From assembly GCA_964016885.1 (NCBI GenBank), contig OZ024740.1, positions 372,744,001-372,808,000 on the forward strand: a stretch of 64,000 nucleotides of DNA, read 5' to 3'. The notes under the pieces are model-generated. The model saw only the letters and a list, made by a program, of their open reading frames with translations, was not told where the DNA came from and ran no database searches. The stretch is from Eledone cirrhosa (Eukaryota). A program made the translations under genes and the position numbers. Below are positions 29,040 to 43,560 of this stretch, piece by piece. Positions within the stretch are counted from its first letter, which is position 1. Every line of letters begins with the position of its first letter.

Positions 29040-29140
29040 ACTTAACTTTGCCTTTCATCTTTACGGGTTCGACAAAATTAAGTACCAGTAATGCATTGTG
29101 ATAATTGCTGGCCTTGTGCCAAACATAGAAACAATTATTT
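29040..29140 (+). mobile_element. 5'-truncated tRNA-derived SINE
   Basis: ttaactttgcctttcatc...gtaccagtaatgca...tgtgccaaac. Confidence 0.8.
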
Positions 29141-29144
29141 TAAG

Positions 29145-29194
<50 letters not shown>

Positions 29195-32100
29195 CTATCT
29201 CTATCTCTCTATCTCTCTGTATATATATATATATATATATTAAATATATTAAATATCGTTTTTAAATTTGTTTTGCAAGGTTTCTTATCTGAAAACGTTT
29301 GTTGAGACAGGTATTGTTTTACACACACGCACACACACATATATATATATATATATACATATGTGCGTGTGTGTGTGTGTTTGCATGTATGTATGCGTAT
29401 TTTTGTAATTTTATGTGTTTTGGGGGGGGGGGGGGGCGGGGGGGGAGATGCGGCTAATCGTTACATCATACAAATCCTCAATTTTCCTTTTCCGATTTGG
29501 ATTCAAATTTACACTTTTACCAAAGCGGGATTATCTAAGCCTCCTGTTGACTTTTGCTCATATTAAATCGACTTGTGCATTTTTCCAATCGATTCTTAAT
29601 AAGTAATTTGACGCACGTCTATTCATCCAGTTGATTTTAAATATCAATGAAATGTATGTATTTCAAATTGATTATAACTATTTATTCTGAATTGAGCAAC
29701 ATAAAATCTACAATAAGTCACTTTCCCTTGTCAATATCAGCCGTTTCATTGTATCTATATTTGCTTTCTTTTCAGGATTTAGCCCCTAGAATTTGTTAAT
29801 TCAGTCGTTTAATTAGTTTTAATTTCTTATAGAATTACGCACAAAGCAAGTTTATATTCTTACTATATTCATAACCCCTTCTGCTTGGATAGAAAAAAGG
29901 AAGGAATCTTGTCACGTTCATGCACACCCTATATTATTACATTAAACATATATAGTTTCAAGCGAGAATAACATTTCTCAAACGGCAATGCCTGCTAAAC
30001 CTCGTTTTCCTATTGATTTCTTACCTTAACACAAAGCTACACATTTAGATTCATAAGGTCGAATCGATGTTATTATATAGCTGCAAGGGAATTTCGATCC
30101 TAAAATATCTATAAACACGTAATGTAGAAAGAAGAACTATATTCCATCAGGTATTTACCGCAGCGCCTTACAATTTCTGCCATTCTACAATTTCAAAAGT
30201 TTTAATAATAACAAACCATCGTTAAAAGTGTTCTCTTTACATTCCTTCCATTTCACCATTGGTAACCTTTAAAAAGAGATTATTGGCAGCAACGCAATTC
30301 TATATTGCATTATAGTGTTAGGCATTAGTTTAACCTCTTTCTTTATGAATGAATAAGTGTTGTGGAGTTCCCTCAAATTATCTGCTTCACTGACATTATA
30401 CAACCTCAATAGTTGGAAAATTGATAAACATTCTGTTTGTTTTTCATGTAAATATTCTTTCAGTTCGACGTTCCTGTTATCTTATCTTGATATAAATATA
30501 TGTTCTGTTGTATACATAATTATAAGATGTAGAGACACATAGTTATATACATCGCAGCTCAAGAAATTGTATGTTATGTAAAATCAGAAGAAATATTCTA
30601 TTGTGAAGCATTGGAATGGAGACTCAGAAAGGATAAGTAGGTTTGTATGGTGGAATAAAAGAAAGCAATAACTGCAAATAACATGTAGAAGACATCTAGT
30701 AACAGGCCCAGATGTGTGAACTGGTAGACGGGCGAAGTAATACAGTAGTGCGTCAAATTTATTTAGCTCAATGAAGTGTGACACTGAGTACGTGTCGAGG
30801 GTAACTTTGTCAGTTGAAATTATGTCATATTTCCTTCTATTTTGTAAAATATTATCTGTTTTTATCATTCATTTTATTCCTTGATGGAGAGGTGGAACCA
30901 AAATAAATTTATGAAATGAAGGACGTCAGGTGTAGTGTTAATAGGATGTGCAACAGAAATGTCGACGCAGACGTTATAATATAGGTTTGTAGTAGACAGG
31001 AACATTGATGTGCAGGGTTTCGAGCGATATAAAGATGAATTGAAATTTAATCACAGAGTATATAATGCGCGGTGGAAATAGAGGATGAGAAATGGAAAAT
31101 GTGAGTTGTTTAAATTAAAACCTCAACACTTAAACCGAATTATTGTGTCCATAATTGATCCCCTATCATTCCAAAAAACATGAGTCTGATCTATATCTAA
31201 ACTATGTAAATCTAATTAAAAATGATGATTACAGACAGATGGAGGTGCTCGAGCATTCAGTTGGCAGTAAGTGAGAGCTGTGAAGGAAATTGTCTCTAAG
31301 AAATTGGTTAGCAGTTAAGAAACATGATAATTTGAACTGTGAGAGTAAGTGCGTTTGATTTGTATGCCGCAGTGATGGAGGGCGCAATTAATGTAAGTTT
31401 GAGGTTAACTGCATTAGAGGTGATACAGGCACATTTGTCTGTTTTGAAGTAGAGTTGGGGTATTTCCACAGACGTGGTAAAGCTTGGGGTAGTTTGATAA
31501 AGCTAATGCATTATTTGGTGTGAATTAAAGGCAAAAAATGACACGGAATGATTGCGAATCCGCATGTGTTTTATTAGATACCTGGAAGCACAGATGTCTA
31601 AAATGGTTGCTGGGGCTAGCAGTGAAGTTGGAGTGAAGTTCAATGAAGGTTTACAGTTAATTATATTGGATATGAGATGTGTGAGCTTAGTTCTAATGAT
31701 TGAAGCCGTACAAATACCAATATACTTCAGGTGCTAACTAATGAAACCTTTTATAAATCAGTATATTGTCTGAACGTGGACAACAATGTCATAAATGAGG
31801 CCCATTTTAGTTCGTATGCACTCAATGATTTGACACACTTACACACACACCTGCACACTCATTCACACATTTACACATTTGCACGCACATGCACACATAA
31901 ACACATAATTATATGTATGTATTTATGCGTGTATGTAACTATACATTTATGCATGTATGTAACTATACAATTTAGTTCTACATGAGTACATTAAGGCTAT
32001 GTTTGCGCATAATACACTGTCACGTGTAACCATTGTAGCATATGTACTTGTTTGTTGATCCATTTATATATCTTTCTCAGAAGCCTAGACTACTACAACT

Positions 32101-32917
32101 CTTTGTCTCCATTCTCTCTATATGCTTTTTCAGATCTCATTTTAAGATCCATGACTATACTTGTATCATATAACATACCTCCACCAAATTCTTTCCCACC
32201 TGTTCCAACACATTCTCTTTCATTGTGTTAGTGTTATTGTGTATACGTATTTCTATACGTTGCATCTTTACATGGATTCCTCTCTTAATTCTTCAATGAC
32301 CAGGACATACCTGCATAAAATCCCTCCAATTCTAATTTTACTAACTCTTGGTATATACTCTGATGCCCCCCACCTATATTCTGACACTTCAAGCATTGAA
32401 AGGTGTCTGAAGCGATGGATTTTATTTCTTGCGGTAAATAATCCCATTGTAATTTATTTCTCTTCACAGAGAAATGTTTTAATTATAGCAGTTCGGGAAC
32501 GATATGTCAAATCGATTGCGTTTGCACTCTTAATATCAATGAAAATATATGGCAAGTTCATGTCGGTAAATAAGTGAACATTCTCAGTGGGGCCTAACTG
32601 GCACACGTACAGTTTCACCTGTTGTCAAACCAGGAAAAATAACCCCTTTGATCAAGACGAATGCAAGTATTATAACTATTGTTATATATTGAGAATTACA
32701 TCGTTCAATGATACTTTTCTTCCAACATTACTGTGTGGTTTGATACTTATTTAGCTGGTATATTTATATATATAAAATAAAATCTGTGAAGAAACACATC
32801 CCCATACAAATACACTGACACAGACCACACACACACACACACATACACAGTCACACATACATACATACACATAAATAACACACACAGGCACACACACACA
32901 CACACACACACATACAT

Positions 32918-33001
<84 letters not shown>

Positions 33002-35945
33002 CTGCACGATACAGACAGTCAAAAGTGTTTAAGAATCTTAAACTATATCAATAGATATAGGCCACTGATACAACAACGAATGAATTATTTAAATGGGTAG
33101 TAGAGATTCAATAAAATATATATTTTATAAGATAAGAATCTACTAATAGATGTTTTGCTTATCAAAAATATACTGAAACGTTTTTCCTAAAAATGTGTCA
33201 GATTTCTCCAAACGACTTTGGATTTATATCAGAAGTACTAAATCAGATAAAAAAAGGAATTATTTTTTATTCTAAATTTGATTCTAAGCTAGATTTAAAT
33301 TCTATTATTCTATTAATCGATTGAAGAAAATGAAGCTAAGCATGACAAAAAGATAGCATTGATGTTATATTGAAAGATTCCCAGCTTTAAACGTCAGACA
33401 ATGTTTCAACATAATTCTACGTATGAGATCTAACAGCTAATGTCTTCAGTCTTAAATTGACTTCCGTTCCATAGAAACAAGACATCTTGAAGATAAATAT
33501 TGTTCTTATTGACTTTCTACTGATAAAAAAAAATTAACAACTGCAGAAAATACTAGATTTACTGCATTGAACTCGCTAGTTATTATCATGATTGCACATA
33601 TTTCTTCTCTTGACTAAGAGTTATAAGCACGCCTGGTAATATCTTGCTGATAAATTGTTAACTATTATGTTAAATTGGTGGAATATAACCATATCGCGAA
33701 ATATGTGCGTGGTAGTTATCTGCAATATATTATGGGTACTTCAATATGGGATGAATTACAATAAAAGACATTTCTAACCAAATAAAATAAAAACAAACTA
33801 TTTATAATAAGCCGTAGTTATACGGATAAATAAGCACACATAAAGAATCAAATCGAAAGGGAAGCTTCTCTTCCTTTAAATAACAAAAATAAAATTATAT
33901 AAATGAAATAGACGAAGATGTTATATTAACGGAACATTTTAAGGAACGGACATTATAATAAATGTCCTTATCTGGGATCAGTATTCGAATGTATGTTGCA
34001 TTATTATTAATTTCAACATCATCTGGGCGAAATTGTTTCTATGTAACAATAGGAGTGAATGCTGAATTTCGTTTTTTTGAAACTGAATTTATTTCCGCTC
34101 ACTACTAGAATCTCTCCTAATGTCTCAATATATGGGTTATTGAACCACATGGAACAGTCTATTTAATGTCCAAATAACTAGATGAAAAAAAACATTGTAG
34201 AACATGCAAAGAATGCACAGAATTTGGTAAGTTACCCACCATCCATCGATAATAATATTTGATTTCTTAATTTTGCATTTCTTTCTAAGATAACAAAATA
34301 TGCAATGAAACAATCAATCATGAAACAAAACACCTAATTTTTATTTGTTAAATATATAAGAGTCAGGAATGATGGTATTGGTTATATTATTTATTGTTAT
34401 ATTATTTATTGAATTTATCGAATTTATCGAATTTAATTTCTATAGTAAAATATTGACAGTTGCAAAATTTAGTTTTTCAACATTACGTTCGATAAAGTAA
34501 ACAGCATTGATTAATTTATAACGGACAATCTTCAAATTTTAAGCGTAGTGTGTAGAGTTACTGTCATTCGTACAGGAAGTAGTTATTTCATCGACAAAAG
34601 AAAGAAGCAAGGCAAATTCGACCTCATCATGAGGTATAGAGGAACATAAATGTGGGTCACTTTCGAAACATACGTTTCACAGAGAGAATTATATACATAA
34701 AAATTGCTAATATATTATTGACATTTGTTTTATTCGTCCTAAGATGATGGCAAACACCTCCCAGAGACTGTATTTCATATCATAAAGGGTTGATGAAAAA
34801 TATTAATTTCAACAATAATGTGACACATTACCAATAATATTACTTGAGTAACTGAAGTGAAATGGCTACAACCGGTAATTGTCGTTACGAAGTCGGCTTT
34901 ATTGGTCCAGACATATTGCCCTAGAGACCTTTCCTCTTCTATTTGTAAATTTAGCCAGATTTCCCTTTGGAGCATTAACACTAGGAAATGCATATTCAAT
35001 GTGCCATACTTTCATTACTTACTGGTTCTGACTAAATATTATCGAAGAAAGATTAAAATAGTTTACCTTGAGAAAATTTAACTCTAGAAGGTGGAGGAAC
35101 ACTGCTACTTATTGAATATCACGCTTGTCTCCTATATCCCTATCATGAAAGTATTGGTAATATTAAGAGCAATACTTGTCATTATACAAAGAAATTATTG
35201 CATTAATCTAATTCTGTAGACATGAGAGTTCTACTTGATGCACTGAAAAAATAAAGATCCATAGGAATGGTAAATATTTTCTTTAAATTTTACCTTTGTT
35301 GATACATTTGAATTATATGTAAAACCACAATTCTAAATATCTTCATAAATGAAATATTTCTTACTCCCAGTGAAAACCAATTTTAGGTGGAAGGCTAATT
35401 AGCTAGAAAATATAAAGCGCTTGTCCTTCATTCACCCAAGTTAATGGTTATGGATCCAACATATCATGACAACATTAAATTATATTTAAACTTGTTATTT
35501 TCATTTATTTTCATATTTGTTCGATGTGTAATGAATTATTGCTATTTTTGTATTTGCAATATGTGATGTTTGATAAATGTTTTTCTTTGCAAATTGTATT
35601 AAAATGCTTTCGGTAGTAATTTAATAGAAATTTCCAAATTGGCTTCTCTCAATAAATGAAAATGTTCAAGATCATCTTTTTACGAAGTATGAATAATTAA
35701 TAAAATGGATAGAAAATTAGAGGGAGTGTTTCGTTTAGATTATTTACTGAATTATTCTCTTGTTTAACCTTTTCCAAAATTAAGTTTTACCATTTCTAAT
35801 ACTCCAACTTAATGGATGTAATTATTCTCATTTCACATATTTGTAAATGGAAACAACTTGAAATACATAATTTAATTCGGTGGTTTTTCAAAATGAAAGT
35901 ACATGACCAGACTTATTTTTAGCACTGGTCATCCCTGTCACATTT

Positions 35946-36305
35946 TACATTCATGTATACATCGCTATTTCAGAGCACCAATCCTAATTTTCAATTTTTG
36001 CTGGACCGGCAATCGCTCTGTATAATCAGTTCCTGATTATTACTGGAATTCTATAAGAATCCAACCTCTATAATTTTCGGCAAAGGTCGGCGAGTGCTAG
36101 GCTCTGATGAACACCAACAGTGTGGAACAGATCTGTCAGCTTATCTCCCTTCCTTTGCTGAAAAAAGAAGTAAGTGACATAGTCACTACTTTAAAATAAT
36201 AGCTCAAGGTCTTCAACATGTTTTTAATTAAACATGCAGTATATTGCCAAATATACTATACATACATTCATGTATTCATCGTTATTTCAGAGCACCAATC
36301 GTAAT
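35946..36305 (+). mobile_element. Retrozyme-like element: 317-bp monomer plus about 43-bp terminal redundancy (family of 27357)
   Basis: tacattcatgtat.catcg.tatttcagagcaccaatc.taat occurs at 35946 and 36263; reverse-complement homology to the 27.4-kb repeat. Confidence 0.8.
36100..36141 (+). ncRNA. Type I hammerhead ribozyme (C3:G8 core; GAAA mutated to GGAA)
   Basis: ggct CTGATGA acac-caaca-gtgt GGAA cagatctg TC agct. Confidence 0.8.
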
Positions 36306-36360
36306 GTATATATATATGTATATATATATACATATAAATATATACATATATATATATATA

Positions 36361-37708
36361 CAATGACCAATGGACAACAACAACCACCTATAGTTTGTGG
36401 TCCCTATTGTGGATGGTCCACCGGATCCTCATCTGGTTACGAGTCATCAATACCACGTTTTATTGAACCTGAGGAAAGCCCCCCCTCCCGGCTGCGGCCC
36501 ACACAGGAAGAACAATTATCCCAAGTTACTAACCCTATACGCATGAATGAGTGCCCGCAACCGTGCATTGTGTGTGTATACTGGGACTGCCTGAATGTAC
36601 ACACTCATGTGAACGCAACGTAATACTAATACCCCAGGTTGGATTGATAAATGTTCGAGTGTATGCTTAAGAGAATATTTGTATATGCTCTCTTGTATGA
36701 GTGCACATGTGCATATAGACATACACGAGCATCCAGAGGTATAAAAGTGTGGGTGGGTATATATGTCTCTACTAAGGGATTTGCCTAAGCTCCAAAGTCC
36801 CCAAGCTATTGCTGTGAAGATATATATCACACTCTACCTTTGTCTAGTCTAGACAATAAATTTTCCAAACACACACTTTACTTTTCTTTAAAAATAACAC
36901 CCACCTAGTTTTATGTCTGCCTTATACTTGGTTTGGGGGCCTCTGTTATATATATATATATGCACTTGTGCGTACATATATATATACACACCTGTATGGA
37001 TTTGTGTGTGTAGATCTGTGTGTGTCTGAGGGGTAGGTGTGAGTGTATGTACAAGTCAACCAACATAAGTCCTTTTATTTCTAAATTTTCTAAACTATCT
37101 AAGTATTTGACTCTAACTATTATTTTAAGTATTACCACCCCACATTAATTCCTCAATTTGTATGTGTGGATGTGTGTGTGTGTCTGTGGTGGTGGGTTTG
37201 AATGTATGAGAGAGCCAACCTACATGAGTCTTTTTATTTGTAAATGTTCTACTCTAACCATAATTTTCAGTAGCACCACTCCACATAAATTCCTCAATTT
37301 AAGAATGACCTGTAGTATCTATTTCATACTATTAACCTTAATTGAATATATATATGACCAGGAATGCTTTTTGAGAAAATCATTCACATGGAACTATTGT
37401 CACCTTGCCTGACGGTTTGAACTTTACAACACCACCTGCCTCTTTGAGGTCCAATACCAACCCTACTAGCATCTACAAACTGACCAATGAGAATTAAGAC
37501 TATTCCTGCTGACAACATTAAATTATTCCTAACAAGCTCATATGTCCCAAGGCTCTGATACCATCAACACTATAAACACAGAGCTGGCATATCTAAGAAC
37601 TGACTAACTGCCTGATGAGGTCATAGCCATTCAATGGCTATCATCGAAATATATATAGCAGTAAATAAAGAATTATGAGTGCATACAATTGACCTATGTT
37701 TCGTCACT
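36361..37708 (+). mobile_element. 1.35-kb ORF-poor element between (TA)n tracts, with a 3' HHR
   Basis: Bounded by TA tracts; HHR about 45 nt from the 3' end; no PLE protein motifs seen. Confidence 0.55.
37607..37662 (+). ncRNA. Type I hammerhead ribozyme
   Basis: actgc CTGATGA ggtc-atagcca-ttcaa-tggctat-catc GAAA tatata TA gcagt. Confidence 0.9.
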
Positions 37709-38062
<354 letters not shown>

Positions 38063-38440
38063 GAAGGCGCATGGCTTAGTGGTTAGAGCAGTAGGCTTGC
38101 AATCAAAAGGTTGTTCAATTCTCGGACCGAGTGATGTGTTGTTTGCTTGAGCAAGACACGTTACTTCATGTTGCTCCAGTTTACTCAGCTGGAAATGAGT
38201 ACCAGCAATAGCTGGAGTTTTAACCCTGCGATGGACTGGCGTGCTGTGCAGGGAGGGGTCGTGTTCTCTCAGTCGCTTCACGCCATGAAACCGGGATAAT
38301 CACCGGCCAAATGAGCTTAAGACATACTTTAGACTTACAGCCTGCCCGCCCGGCCAGTGGGATGGCGTCATCGTATGGCTAAAACAGCACGTGCTGTGAC
38401 CAGCAGCGCCGAATGGCGCCCGGCAGACTGGTCGGTCAAG

Positions 38441-38445
<5 letters not shown>
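38063..38445 (+). mobile_element. Second tRNA-derived SINE family (about 380 bp)
   Basis: A box tggcttagtgg, B-box-like gttcaattc, cttgagcaagacac, and a central ccctgcgatggactggcg motif resembling conserved SINE central domains. Confidence 0.75.
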
Positions 38446-38472
<27 letters not shown>

Positions 38473-38477
<5 letters not shown>

Positions 38478-40733
38478 TAAAGTAACAGATTAAAGTTTAA
38501 GCAAATACTCGCTTAACGGGATCTTCTGAAACTAAAAAAATCAATCTGTGAACTCAGAAGTAAATATTTCAAAAAACGTTGCAACCGAAATAAGAAAGGA
38601 AGACGATATTTTGGTTCGTGGAAACGTTCCCTATACAAATAAATAATGGTATAAACACAACATATACTTAGCTACCACATCAAGACGTAAATTATCCGCG
38701 TATAGTTCGTACTATACGTTAGGGTATAATGTGGGGCTGTAATAAAGGAAAGGTTTGGGCAATTTATGTTTACAAGCCGAAATTGCCTCAGATTTATTGT
38801 TTAAGATGTGGTCCTTGGCGTAGAGTATTTTCCAGGGCTTCAGCGGCGCAGAAGTCACATGGTCTTTTATTTCCGATATACGATCTAGCCTCATCTAGGA
38901 TGACCCAGTGTAACTTATCTTGGGTGTGGTTGTCTTTTAGACTCCAGATATAAGCTGAAAGTGACGTCATATTCCTTCTTAAATAGTTAAGAAAAGAATG
39001 GGTATGCATGTAAAGACGCTGCTTGAATCTATTGGCGGTTAACCCTATGTAGGCCCTACGGGACGTGGGTGTTTCGACCTTACATTTGTAGACAATGTTC
39101 CTAGAGAGGCATTTCCCGGATAGGTGGCAATGAACCCGAATCCTACAATTACAGTTACTACTAGCTACTGTGTTGCACGTGTTCCTACGGCTAGGTAATT
39201 TAGCTAAATTTGAAGCTGTGATGTTATGTGCAAGGTTAAGTGTCGTAGAGTAAGAAATTTTAATGGTATTTCTATTAAACATTTTACGATATTTATGTGC
39301 TGCGTGGGAAATGCTTCATAATAAGGGAGATAAAGATCTTAGCTAATGGTGTGGCCACCTCCATATTATATAGTGGGTTATACCATATAATGCGTCGGGA
39401 TCTACTTTTCCTAGGTCTAATCTCATACTCTGAATATGTAACCTTATCGACAAATCCACTCCGAGCAAGAGCTTCATTGTAAACTGTGGAATGGTCGGTG
39501 AAAATATGCTCGTTTGTAGATAGACGGCAAAGTCTCAAAGAAACGTTTCTTACCAGGTTCTTGGTTATGCTGGCAGGATGATTAGAATGCTTACTTATGT
39601 AATTAAGCGTATCATTCGGCTTTCTATACGGGTAGTGCAAGCTAATTGAGGGTAACGTCGAGGTAATTAACGACCGAGAGGTTGGTCTCAACCTGTATGG
39701 AGAGGTTGAAGATTTTAAAGAAGGCTGTGAGTTCTTTTCTGAACCTGTCGTCAGCACGTGGGCCGCACTTTGTCATGGTCAAAAGACCGTCATCACGGTA
39801 CAAACCCCCGTCCACGTTGGGGAATTCTTCCTTGATAGAGAAAAGAAGGAAAAGGCCGATAAGATCAGTAACCTCCGCAGAATCGCTGACGCCCATTCTG
39901 ATGTCGAATGGGGTACTATTAGATTGTTTAATCCAAATAGAGTCGTCGAAAATAAGCACCAACTTACGGGTATTGAGGATGACACCAACTCCGAAATCCT
40001 TAACCACTGTGAGTGTTTTAGCGAAATTGATAGCTCTAAGAAGAAGTGGTAAAGTGATGGAGGAGTAGTAATTATTGATGTTGAATTGGATAAAACGGCA
40101 ATATTCCTTGTTGCATATGCCGTTGAACCAATCAATCACTGCGAAAGAATTGTTCCACAGTGCTAGAGGGGCCAAACTTCTAATTTCAGGTATAATACAA
40201 TCTAAAATCCTTTTACTAAGTCTACCTAATCTGACTTTGTAGGGTTAATAAGCCGAATAGAGGGGTCGTTCTGGAAATTGTATTTGTGATCCTTTACGGT
40301 AAAGTGGGGAGGAATAGGGTCCAGAGGTTCTCACCGGTCCAGGATGTTGAGATCAGAGGTGATTGTAAATCCAGCATCGCTGATGTCATTAATGACGCTC
40401 CGATTAGTTTTACGGTAATCTTTAGTTATAGCATTATGTAGCAGTTGATGGTAAGTACTGCGCTTAACTTGATATAGATTGCCAGTTTTGTTGGAGTGGA
40501 TGTGCACGGCATTAGAATCCTTAATAGAACGAATTATATTCTTCAGGTCCCGCTGGAAGGAATTGCTCCAATTCCGAAATTTGATACGCCGTATGAGTTC
40601 CAAGACATGATTTTCGAAGGGTAGCAATGCTGGGTTACTCGGAGGGCTATTGTAGGTTCTTATATATTTGATATATATTTATCCTTATTGAGCGGTCTTT
40701 GGATTTTAGTCTTCAAATTTATTATTATTACTA
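38473..40733 (-). mobile_element. Second Hydra-clade-like PLE (RT + GIY-YIG, frameshifted, 5'-truncated) flanked by (TA)n
   Basis: HSNKTGNLY, QFNINNYYSSI, IRMGVSDSAE, GLYRDDG, NYLDVTLN, WYNPLY, CNCRIRVHCHLSGKC, IVY...YIGLT..FKQRLYMH, CDFCAAE. A decayed HHR-like motif lies at about 38485-38549. Confidence 0.9.
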
Positions 40734-40756
40734 TATATATATATATATATAATATA

Positions 40757-40891
<135 letters not shown>

Positions 40892-41745
40892 AATACAAAC
40901 CACAAACCCTCCATCTTAATTATTCTTTTGAAAAGCATAATAACTTTGAAACCGGTAAAGGAAATAAATAAGTTTTCTTATAAAGACTCCAGTTGCATTT
41001 TCGATTTATTTTACTTGTATATATATATATATATATAACGAAGGAAATGTAAGGAACCAGATCGACCATAACGCAACAGAGTACTCAATACTTAGGTAGT
41101 AGAGTGGATAATAGGAAACATATATATATTTGTGTATGTGTGAGTGTGAGATTACTTGCACGCATATTTCTATAGTTATAAAAAAATTAGTTGTTTAAAT
41201 GTATTTATTTCTTTTAACATGATTCCTTCTCACTGAAAAATTATTTTGTTTATTTACCTGAAAGAGGACATTTTACTTGCTACACATGTGAATGTTGCAA
41301 GTTATTTAATGCTTGCTACATGCTTTATACTCTACAAAGATATGGAATAACAGCATATACCATCTTCTGAGGTTCTTTGAAACAGACGTTGATGAATAAA
41401 ATGAAAATTACCAGAATGCACCAAAAGCAAAATGAAAAATACTTTTATTAAAAATCTAAACACATGAATGAAATAAGCTGTTAATGGATATTGATTTATT
41501 TTAATCTGTGGCTTCCTATTTCCGTTATCAATATTTTGGAAAAACTACAATGCATGCATAAGAAACTGATTGAGAGGGAAAGAGAGAGAGGGAGACGGAG
41601 AAGGAGAGAGAGACAGTAATAGGAAGCAGACATATCGACAAAGAGAGAGACAGAGAGGAGAGAGTGGGACAGCGGGAGACAGAGAGAGAAAGAGGTGTCA
41701 GACAAACAAACTGATACACAAATATAGAAAGATAGAGAAATATAT

Positions 41746-41826
<81 letters not shown>

Positions 41827-43164
41827 GATGGGGGTAGTTATATAAACATATAGCTAAATAAATAGTAGGTAGGTAGACAGACAGAAAGAGATAAATAGAT
41901 ACCGAAGTGATCGAGAATGAATGAAGAAAATATATTGGAAATAGAACGGAACAAAATGTAAAAAGTATATAGACTAGCGACTATTAATTTTTCTGATATG
42001 AATGAAACTTATATGAAGTTATGTACTGATAGAATCCGTCGCTCAGTCAAGTGGAAAATAAATGAGAGAAGGAGAAGAGTATAGAAAAGATTAAATAAGT
42101 TAAGAAAATATAAGAACAATTTAGAATACTTCCATAAGTACAACATGTATCACTGTTTAAATGAGAAGAAAGAACAGTGATACAGGGGGAAATAAATACA
42201 TAGATATACACAGTGAATATAAAATAAATAGAGGTAAAAGAGAGAGGATAGATTTCATAACAAATACCCCAGCCATACAGCAAGACTAGCTTCATTAAAA
42301 GGTGTGTAAGATAACATAAAACAAGTTGATGTGCAGAACATAAAGCTAATTAATGTTACATTTTTCTAAATATAATTAAAGTAGAATTATACAAATATAA
42401 TTATAATTAAACAGGGGAAATGAATACTAAAATATTTGTTTTGTTAGTATTTATTTCCTACGTTATGTGTACCTATTTAGGTGTTACCTTCAATATTGTA
42501 TTATTTTTCATTTATTTGAGCAATTGTCCTGTAAATTTGGGACGCAGCATTTGTTTGTAGCCTGTTTTGTTCAAAGTCTGATGTATGTTAGTATATTATA
42601 TCAAATAGTATCTGTATAGAAATGTACGAAAAGTGTCATGTGTATTGTTGTTTAAATAGTGACATGAAAATAAGTGAATTGCATGTAATTTGCACTCCAC
42701 AAATTCCCTTCTTCACATCTGTAATTTCGGTAATGAACCAAACTAAAATTTAGATTGAAGAGTCAGTAATGAAACTACAGCAAATAAAAAAAATAATATC
42801 TACGTAAAAAGTGCATAACAGAATAGCAAATATCATTTGATTGATAAAAGGTAAAACTATTACGTCTTTATATTCTGATGTTGAAATAGTTAATCAAGTA
42901 TTGCAATATGTGAAGGAGAATTTCGTTCGGATACAGTACCAATGTTATTAAGACATGTTGTTTCTTTTTTCAAATATACATGTCTGGGCGTTGGCATTTG
43001 TTGCTTTAAGGCTTTAGCTTTTTCCTGTTCCCTTGCCTGTTTTGAGGGTGAAGACAAAGAGTATTTTCTTTCATTTTTCTTCTTGTTGCAAATAGCTTGC
43101 CTTCCTTACCCTCGCCACAATCAGTCATTGATGTTATTTGACTGGACAGTTTGTTAAAATGAAT

Positions 43165-43560
43165 ATCAAGCCGCTACCTGAAGCCTCAGATATTTAGGAT
43201 GTATCAGATGTTTCCTGCTGTTCCCAGCAAGCATGCCTTTTGATGTCTTCCAAAAAAGAGGTGGTGGACTAATGATCTTTAACCATCCTTGAAAACTCTT
43301 TGCGATAATACCTAGTGCTCCTATAATAATCGGGACGACCTTGATCTCATGACAGTAACACATCATTTTTAATTCCCTCTTTAAACTCTAGTATCCGTTA
43401 ATTTTCTCCTCCTTTCCTTGCACTATTGTGTAAAAGGGGCAGGATACATCTACACTCAGGCATGATATTGTTTCCTTGTCAAAATCTAACAGGTCAGGGC
43501 TATTGTGTTTTAACTTCTTGCTTGTCTGTATCCTGAAATCCCATAACACCTACACTCGAT
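43165..43560 (-). mobile_element. 3' relic of an R4/Dong-like LINE (restriction-like endonuclease domain)
   Basis: VLWDFRIQTSKKLKHNSPDLLDFDKETISCLSVDVSCPF...KEEKINGY*SLKREL...VVPIIIGALG (PD..D..K signature). Confidence 0.8.

Noticed and set aside
30900-32470. Purine- and pyrimidine-biased stretches that may be very old LINE remnants
   Set aside because: No protein motif could be read with confidence.
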